Below are positions 39,037-52,705 of a DNA stretch of 64,000 bases, in pieces. This DNA is from Macrostomum lignano (taxonomy: Eukaryota): positions 1,046,312 through 1,110,311 of the forward strand of contig NIVC01000085.1 in the NCBI GenBank assembly GCA_002269645.1. The letters are read 5' to 3'. The notes below the pieces were generated by a model. That model was not told where the DNA came from, ran no database searches, and worked only from the letters and a program-made list of their open reading frames with translations. The position numbers and the translations under genes are program-made. Within the stretch, counting starts at the first letter, position 1, and the number at the start of each line of letters is the position of its first letter.

Positions 39037-40018
39037 GAGCTCTGGCCTCGCGTTCATGCATCGGTACTAAGCAGTTCATGGGGATACATTTTAATCTTTC
39101 TCACTAAGCCGCTGTTAAAAAGGTACTAGCCTTTTTAAAACTAATTGTAAACAATATTTGCAAATGTACTGTGTCTAATAGGTTATTTTTAACAAATTTT
39201 GTTATACCTATTAAAAAACTCAATATACTCTTTTCTTAGAAATCAGCCAATAATTCGCTGTGAGCTAAGCTAACCTGGATTATTAATGGCTAATTAATAG
39301 ATATTCTAATATTAGTAATCGCGATATGCCCAATGCTTTATATGATGATAGCTTAAATCATTAGTAGTCATAAACAGTAATTGATTGCCAAAATTTAAAC
39401 AGCTTTTTGGCTGAATTCAATTTTGCTTGGCTCTACAACATTGTAGATTGCATTAGTAATTAGTTTAAAAATACAATTGGCAGCAAAAATATAGTCTATA
39501 GCGATTAAAAATTTTCCTCCGAATTTTTCTTTCGGGATATGTCATGCACCTTAGCAGTTGTAATTACAAAATCCTTTTGAAAAAAATAGGTAAGCCTCTA
39601 AATCATGACTTATGTCCTATGATTCATCTATTATTCAATTAGGCCTATTGTATTATTGATACCTTTTTTGGTCTCACTTGTCACTATTTGAAGTATAAAT
39701 AAATAATATATAAGATAAATTCGACTTTCTAAATCATTTTATTGGTCTATGCTTTATTTGCTTCTTAACTTTATCAAATTTTTGTTAATACTAAATAATT
39801 GTGATCTACAAGATTATTAATTAATTAATGTTAATAGGCCCTAATACAAAGAAGGGCTGTCCCAGGCCAAAGGTAGTGTTACTTTCATTACATCTCTTAT
39901 TCTAATGATCTATCTATTATCAGTTTGTACAAATTTATAATAGCAACTCTCTCTGCCTTAGGGCCTATATTAATTGTAATATCATGAAAAATAAATAATA
40001 AAAACAAAAGTTAATATA

Positions 40019-40467
40019 CAGTGGTAGATCTGGAGTTTCATTTTGGGGGGGGGGGCAGTCCAAGTTTGGGGTGCCAACATGAGTGTAAGAGATGCCAGTT
40101 TTTAAGCTAGGGGATGCAAAAAATGCATTTAGGGGGCAAAAAATCAAGTTTAAGGGGTGCAAAAATGCGTTTAGGGGGCAAAAAATCAAGTTTAAGGGGT
40201 GCAAATTTTGGTTTTTGGGGGGTGCAATATGTTCAATCAAGCTATTTTGGGTGGGGGAGGGGGCGGCTGCCCCCCTTGCCCCTAGTAGCATAGCCAGGAT
40301 TTCCTTCTTGGGGGTCATTGGCTTATAGCGGCAACTGGGGGCAAGGGGTGCTAGGCCTTTGCAATAGGTGAGGGCCTGAAAATTTGGCCTGGATCAGCCA
40401 GCTGGGAAGGGGGTCATGACCCCCCTGGCTATGCCTCGGCCTGTGTCCCCCCCTAAATCTACCCCTG
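40019..40467. mobile_element. hAT-type MITE
   Basis: TIR CAGTGGTAGAT / ATCTACCCCTG and 8-bp TSD TTAATATA on both sides. Confidence 0.8.
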
Positions 40468-42662
40468 TTAATATAAGTTAAAAACAAAAATATAGTAGGA
40501 GCTCAACCATAGACTTACAAGCCTATAAAGTAAGTCAACAGCCTAATGAAAATATTAAAAGTAATAAAAATACCAAAAACAAAAGGCTAGTATTAGGGAC
40601 TTCAGACCCTTCAGTAAGATTTTGAAAGTTTATTTTTTTGTATTTTTGATATATACATTTGGTATAGAATGTTAGAATTCTAAATAGCCTTATTTTTGTT
40701 GTAAATGGCTATTATTTGTAAAGTTTTCAATATATCTTGATAATTTTTTTCTTTTCAAACACCTAGTAGAATGTACCTAATCATAGTTTTTTACTTTAGA
40801 ATTGCTTGGTTTAAAAAATCACTAATTTTGTGTCTTTTGCTATAGGAATTTGATGGAATATCTTAAAATTGCATGTTTTTCAACTTATAACTGTTATATA
40901 AAATATATTGTACCTAAAATTGAATTGTATAATTGCTTATTGAGCATACATATTAAATAAAGACTAACTCTTATAAAGTTCAATTAATTTTATGAGTTTG
41001 CATTGCAGACCAAGCAAGTTTAGTGCATTCCAGAGGTCACTTGTTGGAGTTGCAATTGCTCTAGCTCAATAAGCTAGAGCAAGCATTAGTTTTAAGTAAT
41101 TAACTCAAAAAATATTTCCTATGGTAAAAGTCCTTCTTTTTGCTTAAGAAAAGCCATAATAACCTACTTTTTGTATAAGTAGCATGTAAGATGTGTATGT
41201 GTACATATTTTTCAAAAAAGAACTCGTGATTGCATACAAAACATAAAATAAGAGACTACTAACTTTGTCAAATTGTTATCTATCTATCATTGAATCAAAT
41301 GTAGTAAAGAAATGGCATGCAGAATAAAGCTGTATATATATTTCTGCATAAGTAGTTGGTAAGTAGTGCAAATTTTCATGTTCACCAAAAATAAAAAAAT
41401 CATTATTACCAAAAATTGAGACATGCAAAATGAAAGCAGATGTTGCTAAAAAATGTTTAACTCTCCTAAAAACAATATATAAAAAGTCTGCAAAATGAAG
41501 TCATCTATAAAAAAACCCAATTTTCAGTTCTTGGGTAAAAAATACATTGCAGAGATAGGCAAAAAATGAGCCTAAAGAACACTTGATAACTTTTAAGTGA
41601 GAAGAGATACAAACAAACAGTTTTTTATTACGTGTTCATTTTGTAAAGGTGCATTAAAAACAGCATTTTGAATTGCACAAAATGTGATAAAAAGTTTTGA
41701 CTTTTAAATTTTTATATAGGCCAAATAGAAACAATAAAAAAAATTTCTGCAAAAGCACTTTTTTGGACCTTTAACTATCTAACTTTGCATTTATATCATT
41801 AAACTTTGTTTAAATGGTCCTTTTAGCATGAAAAATAAATCTGTTTAAAGTAGTGTTTTGTGGTACTAATTTACATGTATACAAAAAATGTACAATGTTT
41901 AAATGATCTCTGCTCCTAGAATATTTAATTTTTTGTTTAGGAGGTATTTCATTTGAAAGATATATTTCTCTAGTTTCTTATAAATATTTTGGATTTTTAT
42001 AAAACCAGATCAGCAAATAGCAATCAAATTTAAAGTTTTAGAAATTTTCGTTTTTTCTGCATCATTTTCAACTTTCAAAATCTCACTGAAGTCGCTACTA
42101 GTGTGTCAAGTAAGACTAGAAATAACTAAATAAGTGGTTGGATTATTAAATTGGTTGCTCCAAAGCCTATGGTTTAAACCATAAAATACTGAAAAATCTA
42201 TCTTTTAGCATTGGGTTTCCCTATTTATTAATTAATTGCTTGAGCTTGTAATATCAAATGGCTTGCAAAAAGCTGTATTAAGCTAATTAAGCTAATTGGT
42301 ATTCACTTTTTGCAATATATAATTCATGATTTTTGTATAATAATATGTTTTAAAATTGAGGTCAATGACAACATTAAAGGATTTTAAACACCAATAACTA
42401 ATATAGCTATATATTCATATAAAAATACCATTGACTAAGTCTATTGCTATTTTGCAAATTATTGTTAGAAATATACTTTTAGATTTATGTCAAAGGTAGA
42501 CTTTATCAAAGATTGCACATTAACTTGAATAATTTAATTATGCTAATATCATATCAATTCATATTCAATTTTTGTTATCACAAAACAATAACAGGTCCGA
42601 TTCCAGCACTCTCCAGTTGCATTAGACGCTTAGCTAAGTCAGCCAGTCTCCCAAGCAGATCA

Positions 42663-42896
42663 ATGTCTTCAACAGTCTCAGTTGGTGCAGCTGCTAGTGC
42701 TAAAACTGCCATTGAGTCGCAGCTGCTCAAGTCAACTCGCCTGTTTGTTCGTCACGCTGAAGAGTTCAAATTGCACCTGAGCTTGGCTTATCCGCAGCCA
42801 TTGGCGTCTGGCCAGCAGCAGCCACTGCAGCCTCATCCGTTTAATTTTAATCGGGCCAAAGAAGAAATTGCCAGCGTCACCTTGGCCCGCATTCAG
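42663..42896 (+). CDS. PDE12: PDE12 (2',5'-phosphodiesterase, CCR4/nocturin EEP family), exon 1
   Basis: PFNFNRAKEEIASVTLARIQ resembles the PDE12 N-terminus; CAG|GTGAGA donor. The start may lie further upstream. Confidence 0.65.
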
Positions 42897-42914
42897 GTGA
42901 GACATTGTGGACTT

Positions 42915-44115
42915 CGATAATCACCCCCTCAGACATCTTGATAATCGCCCCTCAGATACCTTGATAATCGCTCTCAGACACCTTGATAATCGCCCCCTCA
43001 GACACCTTGATAATTGCCCCTCAGACAAGACACCTTGATGATCACCCCCTCCCTCAGACACCTTGATAATCACCCCTCAGACACCTTGATAATCGCCCCT
43101 CAGACACCTTGATAATCGCCCCTTAGAAACCTTGATAATCACCCCTCAGACACCTTGATGATCGCCCCTCAGACACCTTGATAATCGCCCCCTCAGACAC
43201 CTTGATAATTGCCCCTCAGACACCTTGATGATCACCCCCTCCCTCAGACACCTTGATAATCACCCCTCAGACACCTTGATAATCGCCCCTCAGACACCTT
43301 GATAATCGCCCCTCAGACACCTTGATAATCACCCCTCAGACACCTTGATGATCGCCCCCCCCTCAGACACCTTGATAATCACCCCTCAGACATCTTGATG
43401 ATCGCCTCCCCCCTCAGACACCTTGATAATCGCCCCTCAGACGCCTTGATGATCGCCCCCCTCAGACACCTTGATAATCACCCCTCAGACACCTTGATGA
43501 TCGCCCCCCCCCTCAGACACCTTGATAATCGCCCCCCTCAGACACCTTGATAATCGGCCCCCTCAGACACCTTGATAATCGGCCCCCTCAGACACCTTAA
43601 TAATCGGCCCCCTCAGACACCTTGATAATCGGCCCCCTCAGACACCTTGATAATCGGCCCCCTCAGACACCTTGATAATCGGCCCCCTCAGACACCTTGA
43701 TAATCGCCCCCCTCAGACACCTTGGTAATCGTCCCTCAGACACCTTGATAATCGCCCCTCAGACACCTTGATAATCGCCCCTCAGACACCTTGATAATCG
43801 CCCCTCAGACACCTTGATAATCGCCCCTCAGACACCTTGATAATCGCCCCTCAGACACCTTGATAATCGCCCCTCAGACACCTTGATAATCGCCCCTCAG
43901 ACACCTTGATAATCGCCCCTCAGACACCTTGATAATCGCCCCTCAGACACCTTGATAATCGCCCCTCAGACACCTTGGTAATCGCCCCTCAGACACCCTG
44001 ATAATCGCCCCTCAGACACCTTGATAATCGCCCGTCTGACACCTTGATAATCGCCCCATTCAGACACCTTAAAAATCGCCCCTCAGATACGCTCGTACCT
44101 TGATAATCGCCCCTG
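42915..44115. repeat. 22-27-nt minisatellite cctcagacaccttgataatcgcc
   Basis: Fills PDE12 intron 1. Confidence 0.95.
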
Positions 44116-44227
44116 AGACACATTGACTGTCAAAAATATTTAGAGTATCATACTACTTACTATTCTTATATGATAGTAGAATAATTGGCCTATGCAAAGC
44201 AACCATTTACAAAAATCATTTTGCTAG

Positions 44228-44919
44228 GCCAGTATCAACAATCACCTGGAGTCGCGCATGCGATCCAAGTTAAAACGGAAGCAACGGAGGCAGCAAGACA
44301 AAGAGCCGCGCGATTCTTCTGAGCAGTCTGATGAGCAAAATAATGGCGCCAACTCAGAACTGAGCTCTCATCCCTGCTATGTTAGGGATTTGGCTATTCT
44401 AGATTCGGCTGGCAACCCCTTGGATACCAATACTGCTCTGTGCGGCGATGCCTTCTGCAGCGGGCACACCCTCAGTCTGAACTCGGGTTTAATCACCTAC
44501 CAAATGCTTGTAGACCCGTGCCTCATTTTGTCCTGCAAGCTCACCAGCCAGTTGCTAAGCGGATTTCCTCTCCACTGCGATCTACAGTTGGAGTCCTGCT
44601 CAGAATGCGAACGAATCTGGGAGCTTTCAAGCAGCCTGACTAAACCGAACTGGACTGAGTTCAGCCGGTCCAGGTGTCCGACTTTACCTGTTGATTCCGC
44701 TGATTGCTTTGTCCGGTTAACTGCGGTGCCACCAGATGGAGGACTGCAGTTCCAGCAGACATTCGGGCCAGTGGCCAATGCTCTGAACAGTTACGTATCC
44801 ACCAGGCACGCCTTCACCCCGGCTGTGACTGCTTCGGACACTGTCCGAGTTGTGTCCTACAATCTGCTGGCTAATCTCTATGCCGACTCGGACTATTCCA
44901 GGAATCAGCTGTTTCCATG
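44228..44919 (+). CDS. PDE12: PDE12 exon 2
   Basis: VRVVSYNLLANLYADSDYSRNQLFP motif; TAG acceptor, TG|GTGAGT donor. Confidence 0.85.
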
Positions 44920-44949
44920 GTGAGTAGCTGGCTGTTGCCCACTTGCAGC

Positions 44950-45295
44950 AATCTGATTGGTTGAGAGGAGAATGTGCCAATGAATCTGATTGGTCGAGAG
45001 GGAATTGGCGAATGAATCTGATTGGTTGAGAGGCGAATTGGCCAATGAATCTGATTGGTTGAGGAGAAAATTAAGCGAAGAATCTGATTGGTTGAGAGGA
45101 AAATTGAGCAAAGAATCTGATTGGTCGAGAGAAAAATTGACCAAAAAATATGATTGGTCGAGAGAAAAATTTACCAAATAATCTGATTGGTTGAGCGAAT
45201 GAACTGACCAAATAATCTGATTGGTTGAGAGGGGAATCGATAAAAGTATCTGATTGGTTGAGCCGGGAAGTTGGCCAAAGTATCTGATTGGTTAA
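44950..45295. repeat. ~30-nt repeat aatctgattggttgagagg
   Basis: Fills PDE12 intron 2. Confidence 0.8.
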
Positions 45296-45338
45296 TAGTA
45301 AACCCATCAACAAAGGCAACCCATGCACTGCGCCGCAG

Positions 45339-46013
45339 GTGCGACCCCAACTACCTGTCCATGTCCTACCGGAAGTGCCTGATATTTCGCGAGCTCAGCG
45401 GCTACAACGCCGACCTGGTGGCCCTGCAAGAGGTGGACGAGCCGCTGTTCCGGTCTGGCGGGCTGGCCGAGTTCCTTGAGCATGAGTGCGGCCTGTCCGG
45501 TCTCAGCCAGATGAAACTCGGACAGGACGGCAAGCCGGCCCAAGAGGGCCTGGCGCTGTTCTATCGTACCAGCCGGTTTGACTTGGCCGAGGACCGGTCT
45601 CTGCCGTCGCTAAATCAGTATCTGGACTCGACGGAGTCCCTGGCGCCGCTGTCCTCGGCAGTCAAAGCGAACGAGAAGTTCTTAGAAACCTGGCAGGCTC
45701 GGGGCCAGTGCGCTCAGGTGCTGATACTGCGGTGCAGGGACTCGCCTGGCCGCTACCTGTGCGCCTGCACCACTCACCTGTTCTGGTATCCGTCGGCTAA
45801 TCTCGTCAGGCTGCTGCAGACTCACCTGGTGCTGCATCATCTGGATCAGATCAAGAGAGAGTACTCGGCTAGGGGTGACCAGCTGGCCATTGTGCTGGCT
45901 GGCGATTTCAACAGCATGCCGGACAGGGGTCCCTACTGGCTGACCACCAGGGGGCATCTGGCCGCTGAGCATGCCGACTGGTTCAGCCCTGGGCGGGAGG
46001 CCATGATTGACAG
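45339..46013 (+). CDS. PDE12: PDE12 exon 3
   Basis: ELSGYNADLVALQEVD, TTHLFW and AGDFNSMP are EEP catalytic motifs. Confidence 0.9.
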
Positions 46014-46044
46014 GTGAGAGAACCGGGACGCTTCTGAGTGCCTA

Positions 46045-46265
46045 GTAGCTTAGTCTGGGGAGCTGGTAGCTGAGTCTGGGGAGCTGGTAGCTCAGTCTCG
46101 GGAGCTGGTAGCTGAGTCTGGGGAGCTGGTAGCTCAGTCTGGGGAGCTGGTAGCTGAGTCTGGGGAGCTGGTAGCTCAGTCTCGGGAGCTGGTAGCTGAG
46201 TCTGGGGAGCTGGTAGCTGAGTCTGGGGAGCTGGTAGCTGAGTCTGGGGAGCTGGTAGCTGAGCC
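46045..46265. repeat. 21-nt repeat gctgagtctggggagctggta
   Basis: Fills PDE12 intron 3. Confidence 0.9.
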
Positions 46266-46308
46266 CCAAGAGCCGGCAGCTGAGCCAGATGGCATCTCAA
46301 CCCCGCAG

Positions 46309-46546
46309 GCAGCAGCTCAGCCACAGTCTGTCCCTGACCGCAGCCTACGAACCGCAGCCCTTCACAAACTACACGGGAGGCTTCAGCGGCCATCTCGATC
46401 ACATCTTCTTTGACACCGAGCTGCTCAAACTGCAGGGCACGGTGCCCCTGCCAAGGCTGGAGGACATCCACCCGCTCACCGCTCTGCCAAATCGTTGCTA
46501 TCCAAGCGATCATCTCGCCCTCATCGCTGACCTGATGTGGCTGTAG
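46309..46546 (+). CDS. PDE12: PDE12 exon 4 (last)
   Basis: FTNYTGGFSGHLDHIFF...PSDHLALIADL then stop. Confidence 0.9.
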
Positions 46547-46899
46547 CCTCATTGGTGCGCCTCCTGCTCTTTCTAGCTGTTTATGAATTATTAACTTGAA
46601 TTTTAGCTGATAATAACAACTATTTTGTGTGAAAGAATTATACTACTCAAAAGAGTATAATTTAGTTAAGAAATATATATAATCTAAGTTGTAGTTTTTG
46701 GTCCATTGTTATTTTTATTTTTTTGCAAAAATATTTCGCTTGATTATTAACAGTGTCCCTTTTTTTCTAACGGATATGAAGGGCTTGCAGAAAATATCTA
46801 ATCTTGCATACTAGATGTAAGTTCTAAAATTGCTGTCTAAATCTGCGGGATTCTGTGCAGTTTAAAGTGCAAAAAATCTTAGCAAATTAATGTATGAAC

Positions 46900-48345
46900 T
46901 TATGAGGATGTATAGCCATTCTCTCAAATCCTCAATCAGTATGTGCAGTCACTCACAGATCCTCAATCAAGATGTGCAGTCACACTCCCAGATCCTCAAT
47001 CAGTATTGGCAGTCACTCTCCCTGATCCTCAATCAGTATTGGCAGTCACTCTCCCAGATCCTCAATCAGTATTGGCAGTCACTCACAGATCCTCAATCAG
47101 TATTGGCAGTCACTCTCCCTGATCCTCAATCAGTATTGGCAGTCACTCTCCCAGATCCTCAATCAGTATTGGCAGTCAGTCTCCCAGATCCTCAATCAGT
47201 ATTGGCAGTCAGTCTCCCAGATTCTCTATCAGTATTGTCAGTCACTTTCCCCGATCCCCAATCAAGATGTACAGTCACTCTCAGATCCTCAATCAAGATG
47301 TACAGTCACTTTCCCAGATCCTCAATTAAGATGTACAGTCACTTTCCAAGATCCCCAATCAAGATGTACAGTCACTCTCCCAGATCCTCAATCAGTATTG
47401 GCAGTCACTCCCAGATCCTCAATCAGTATTGGCAGTCACTCACAGATCCTCAATCAGTATTGGCAGTCACTTTCCCAGATCCTCAATTAAGATGTACAGT
47501 AACTTTCCCAGATCCTCAATCAAGATGTACAGTAACTTTCCCAGATCCTCAATCAAGATGTACAGTCACTTTCCCAGATCCTCAACCAGTTTTGTCAGTC
47601 ACTCTCACAGATCCTCAATCAAGTTGTACAGTCACTTTCCCGGATCCTCAATCAAGTTGTACAGTCACTTTCCCAGATCCTCAATCAAGATGTACAGTCA
47701 CTCTCACAGATCCTCAATCAAGTTGTACAGTCACTTTCCCAGATCCTCAATCAAGATGTACAGTCACTCTCACAGATCCTCAATCAAGATGTACAGTCAC
47801 TCTCACAGATCCTCAATCAAGTTGTACAGTCACTTTCCCAGATCCTCAATCAAGTTGTACAGTCACTTTCCCAGATCCTCAATCAAGTTGTAGTCACTTT
47901 CCCAGATCCTCAATCAAGTTGTACAGTCACTTTCCCAGATCCTCAATCAAGTTGTACAGTCACTTTCCCAGATCCTCAATCAAGATGTACAGTCACTCTC
48001 ACAGATCCTCAATCAAGTTGTACAGTCACTTTCCCAGATCCTCAATCAAGATGTACAGTCACTCTCACAGATCCTCAATCAAGATGTACAGTCACTCTCA
48101 CAGATCCTCAATCAAGTTGTACAGTCACTTTCCCAGATCCTCAATCAAGTTGTACAGTCACTTTCCCAGATCCTCAATCAAGTTGTAGTCACTTTCCCAG
48201 ATCCTCAATCAAGTTGTACAGTCACTTTCCCAGATCCTCAATCAAGTTGTACAGTCACTCTCCGAGATCCTCAATCAAGTTGTACAGTCACTTTCCCAGA
48301 TTCTCAATCAAGTTGTACAGTCACTCTCACAGATCCTCAATCAGG
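46900..48345. repeat. ~34-nt minisatellite cagtcactttcccagatcctcaatcaagttgta
   Basis: Visible; source of the SHFPRSSIK ORFs. Confidence 0.95.
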
Positions 48346-49421
48346 CTTAAAAAGTGATCAAAAGTTGGATGATTGTCTTGAAAATGTTACTGCCGTGCCA
48401 AAGTTGACATAAAAGTGATATTATGCTGCTATCGCTGCCGGCCTGCAGAAGATTTCTCGCTAATAGGGCGCTAAGCTGGTATGGTATCACGAGTTAAGCG
48501 AGGGCTTTATATTAGAAATTTCGTGCCGCTGTGCAGCTGCAGTCAGGCTTTAGCACGAAAAGCCATTGTCAGAGCGACTTGCTCTGTACCAGCTGACGTT
48601 TTCGACTCTGTCTTGTCCTCTCCAGAGCTCTGCTGCTCCTGATGCTCCGCTGTGCGAATGAAATTGACCAGAGAGCAGCCAAAGTCACCGTCTAGGCTCC
48701 AGAAGCAAAGATCTGGTGGAATGTTTTTTAAAGAGAGCGATCGAACAAACAAACAAGTTGTGCTCAAAAAGATTTTGAGAAGTTAACCAACCGCGCAATT
48801 ACCTGCTTTGGCAGCAGCCACGTATTCTTTGTTGCTATCCGTTATATCTTCTTCACTCTTTGACTTGATCTCCGTCATCAGATTAGTCAGATAAAGCGGC
48901 ACTGAAATTTAAATGCTTTTTTCCAGCTTTGCGATTCAAACAATTCAGTTCACAATTCAAGAATGTTGAACATTCGCTTTCGATAAAGAAACGTCGACAG
49001 TGTTGAAGAAAGGTTCAATTTGGAGAGCTGGAGGACCAATACATTCAGTGAGAGCTAAGCATTTGTCTTCCAAAAAGGAAATATTTTGAAGGCCAAAAGA
49101 AGTCATGGCTATCACTGGTCTAGATATCTTGTCCAGTTTGCTATTGTAAAGTTTGAAGGACTACGAATTGGCTTCGCGGATCAGAATTTGCCGACCCCTG
49201 ATCTACCGCATAACAATGGCCAGATGAGATGAGATGATGAAGGAAATAGAGGAAAAAAGAAGAGAGGAGTTTAGATAGAAGAGAGCTGAGAATACGTATG
49301 CGTATACAGACCTTGAGCAGGCCGGATTGCTATTGTGGAGTTACAATGGGCCCTGAGGGCCGGATAGAGCGGCTTCATGGACAGAATTTAGTCCGCGGAA
49401 GTGTTCCTAATCAAGTCAAGC

Positions 49422-49775
49422 TTAATTAAACATTCTTCCCATTGAATTCGCGAGCAGCTCACGGTTTTGTCTCTCTTGCACGCTTAGAATCCTTGTCAAT
49501 ACTCGGAACGCCTCCTCGTTGTTTGAAGACTTCTTCTCTGCAGAGTCCTTGTCTACCGACGCCGCAGCCGATGCAGCGTCCTTGGCAACGCGACAAGCCT
49601 CGTCGTGCAGCTTCAAGGGAGTGTCGCTAATTTGCTTTGAGAAAACCTCCTTTCGCTGACGATTCAATTCCTTCAGTAGCTGCTCCTCAGGGCTCGCTGA
49701 CGGACTGCTAGACTCTGACACTGCTGCTTGCTGTTGTCGAATTTTGTTTAACTGTTGTTCGTTCTGATCGTGAAC
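49422..49775 (-). CDS. Hypothetical lipid-anchored protein, exon 2
   Basis: CCACAG acceptor in phase 0 with exon 1; helical Gln/Glu/Ala-rich. Confidence 0.5.
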   Translation of the reverse strand, partial: VHDQNEQQLNKIRQQQAAVSESSSPSASPEEQLLKELNRQRKEVFSKQISDTPLKLHDEACRVAKDAASAAASVDKDSAEKKSSNNEEAFRVLTRILSVQERQNRELLANSMGRMFN

Positions 49776-50029
49776 CTGTGGTTTGAATTGTATCCAGGTA
49801 GACACAAAAGTCAATAAAGGCGCCTCGGAAATTTCGCACATCATTTAAAAGATGAGGAAGTATAACTTTGTTAAGATAGACGAACTAAAAAAGCTACTAG
49901 AAATCTTAGTTCAAACAGTCTCAGCAAGCCCTGTCTCAAGCCGCCTATACCAGCGTATTTAACTGCCAAAAAACATGTTTCTTACTTTATATACATATGT
50001 ACAGCTCAAATATAGAATGCATGGGTACA

Positions 50030-50680
50030 GTTTAGAGATAGAATGGGGTCCAGTTTAAAGATAGAATGCATGGATGCAGTTTAGAGATAGAATGCATGGA
50101 TGCAGTTTAGAGATAGAATGCATGGGTGCAGTTTAGAGATAGAATGCATGGGTGCAGTTTAGAGATAGAATGCATGGGTGCAGTTTAGAGATAGAATGCA
50201 TGGGTGCAGTTTAGAGATAGAATGCATGGGTGCAGTTTAGAGATAGAATGCATGGGTGCAGTTTAGAGATAGAATGCATGGGTGCAGTTTAGAGATAGAA
50301 TGCATGGGTGCAGTTTAGAGATAGAATGCATGGGTGCTGTTTAGAGATAGAATGCACAGGTGCAGTTTAGAGATAGAATGCATGGGTGCAGTTTAGAGAT
50401 AGAATGCATGGGTGCAGTTTAGAGATAGAATGCATGGGTGCAGTTTAAAGATAGAATGGGGTCCAGTTTAGAGATAGAATGCATGGGTGCAGTTTAGAGA
50501 TAGAATGGGGTGCAGTTTAGAGATAGAATGCACAGGTGCAGTTTAGAGATAGAATGCATGGGTGCAGTTTAGAGATAGAATGCATGGGTGCAGTTTAGAG
50601 ATAGAATGCACAGGTGCAGTTCAGAGATAGAATGCACAGGTGCAGTTTAAAGATAGAATGGGGTGCAGTTTAGATAGAAT
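50030..50680. repeat. ~25-nt minisatellite tttagagatagaatgcatgggtgcag
   Basis: Intronic tandem units. Confidence 0.92.
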
Positions 50681-50775
50681 GGACAGTTTAGTGACAGAAC
50701 GGGTAACTACTCCGCCCTGGACTATCCATAACTCCCAGTGTGAATACAATTCAGAATCGAAATGACGTACAGTAC

Positions 50776-50967
50776 CTGCAAATAGTGACCGGAGCCCCCT
50801 CGGGTCTGCTGGCCCCAGCTGCCTGACTGAAACCGCTGGCTAGCGTTCGGACTGGCGTTCCGGCTGTTCAGCGGCCGCGGCTCCCGGCGCACTGGCCGGC
50901 TGGACCGCGGCCTGCTGCTGACCGGCCGCTGCTCGCCAGCCGTTTGAGTCGACGCTCCGCAACCCAT
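50776..50967 (-). CDS. Hypothetical lipid-anchored protein, exon 1 (MGCGAS N-terminus)
   Basis: MGCxxS myristoylation/palmitoylation-type motif; CAG|GTACTG donor, phase 0. Confidence 0.55.
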
Positions 50968-52314
50968 CGTCTCTGCTGTTTTCGGCTTTGATCTGTAGAG
51001 ATTGACCTTCTTTGATGTTGAGCTTTGCTGTCTGTCGTGTTCAGCTGGTCAGTTAACCGCGGCTTTTGTACTGGGGAAAAATCCTCAGGGAAGTGAAACT
51101 AGAGTCGGAGATGAGGTTGATGCAGATGGGGTTGCCATTGACAACCAAAGCGAAGCTTGTTTGATGCCTATGAGGCCTTGCTTGAGAGGCTTACAGCCGT
51201 CCTCACCTGTGCGTCAACCGCATGGAATCCGTGCAATTTGATAGCCGCATCATTGGCTCTAGGCTAAGCTCCGCTGATTCCCCTGTGCTCTTTTTAGACT
51301 GAACTGATTTTTCATGGGAACTCCGCTTGTCCGCAGTTTAAGTTGCTGCTAATTCAACCGAGTCAAATACATGCTGGGCCGTTTTACTTCAAGCAGAGAT
51401 CATTTTAATGTGAAACTTTGGGGTGATTGAAAAAACACGGACAGTGAAATGGCTGTGCATATACTGTGCATGTACCCCTGCAACCAATGACGCAGATTTG
51501 GTATATATTTAGCCATTGAGGACAATGCACACGAGGGTATTTCGTGACTTTTACTGTTAGGTATAGTCTGTTGCAACCGAAGCCTTCATTTCGAGATCAA
51601 TGCGGGTCTCCCACGAAAGGATTTAGCTATAGAGCTGATTCTTTTGCTCTTAGCCAGCGAATCGAGTTTCATCATCTCTGTTCGGGGCTTACAAAGTGAA
51701 TCTGCAGGGGCTTGACATGCGACCCGATGTTATACTTATAGTGGCTTTTTTGTGCAGAGTTCAGCCCTCTCGTCAGCTCTATGCATGTATAGCTTCGATC
51801 GTGTTACTGGGAAAATATCTTGCATAAGACGATCTTCTTCCATAAGAGATGCTTGAATTAACCCTATTGAAGTAAATACTGCATTCATTAGTTGTTTCTC
51901 CATGAGTGCTCAATAGACGTCTGTTGTGTATCTGACTTAAATCTCACATCGTGTCGTCAAATGTGTATCTGCTTCAGGTCTGACATTGTGTGGTCAAATT
52001 TATCTACATCAGATCTGACATCGTGTACTCAAGTTCATATGCATCAGGTCTTGACATCGTATGCTCAAATATATTCTGTATCTTATCTCAGACCTGACAC
52101 CGAAAGCTCATACACTGTATAATGTGCATACAATAACGGGAGTGCCCATGCAGTCACAGCCAAATGTAATAATTATGCTGCTGCATAAATGGTTTGAGCA
52201 CTCCAATAAAAGCCAATACCAGTCAGTCCACGTACACTTAGATTTTGTCCGCACCTCCCAGTTTTTCCGCAAATTTCATGATGTGCCTGGAACGTGTCGC
52301 CAGCAAAATAATTG

Positions 52315-52705
52315 GTCTCTTGGTGGCGCCCCTGTCTCTTGGTGGGCGCCCCTGTCTCTTGGTGTGGGCGCCCCTGTCTCTTTCTGGGCGCCCCTGTCTC
52401 TTGGTGGGCGCCCCTGTCTCTTGGTGTGGGCGCCCCTGTCTCTTTCTGGGCGCCCCTGTCTCTTGGTGGGCGCCCCTGTCTCTTTCTGGGCGCCCCTGTC
52501 TCTTGGTGGGCGCCCCTGTCTCTTGGTGGGCGCCCCTGACTCTTGGTGGGCGCCCCTGTCTCTTGGTGGGCGCCCCTGACTCTTGGTGGGCGCCCCTGAC
52601 TCTTGGTGGGCGCCCCTGTCTCTTGGTGGGCGCCCCTGACTCTTGGTGGGCGCCCCTGACTCTTGGGGCGCCCCTGACTCTTGGGGGCGCCCCTGTCTCT
52701 TGGTG
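52315..52705. repeat. 21-nt minisatellite ggtgggcgcccctgtctctt
   Basis: Visible tandem units. Confidence 0.92.

Noticed and set aside
46890-48188. 432-aa SHFPRSSIK ORF
   Set aside because: Translation of a ~34-nt minisatellite.
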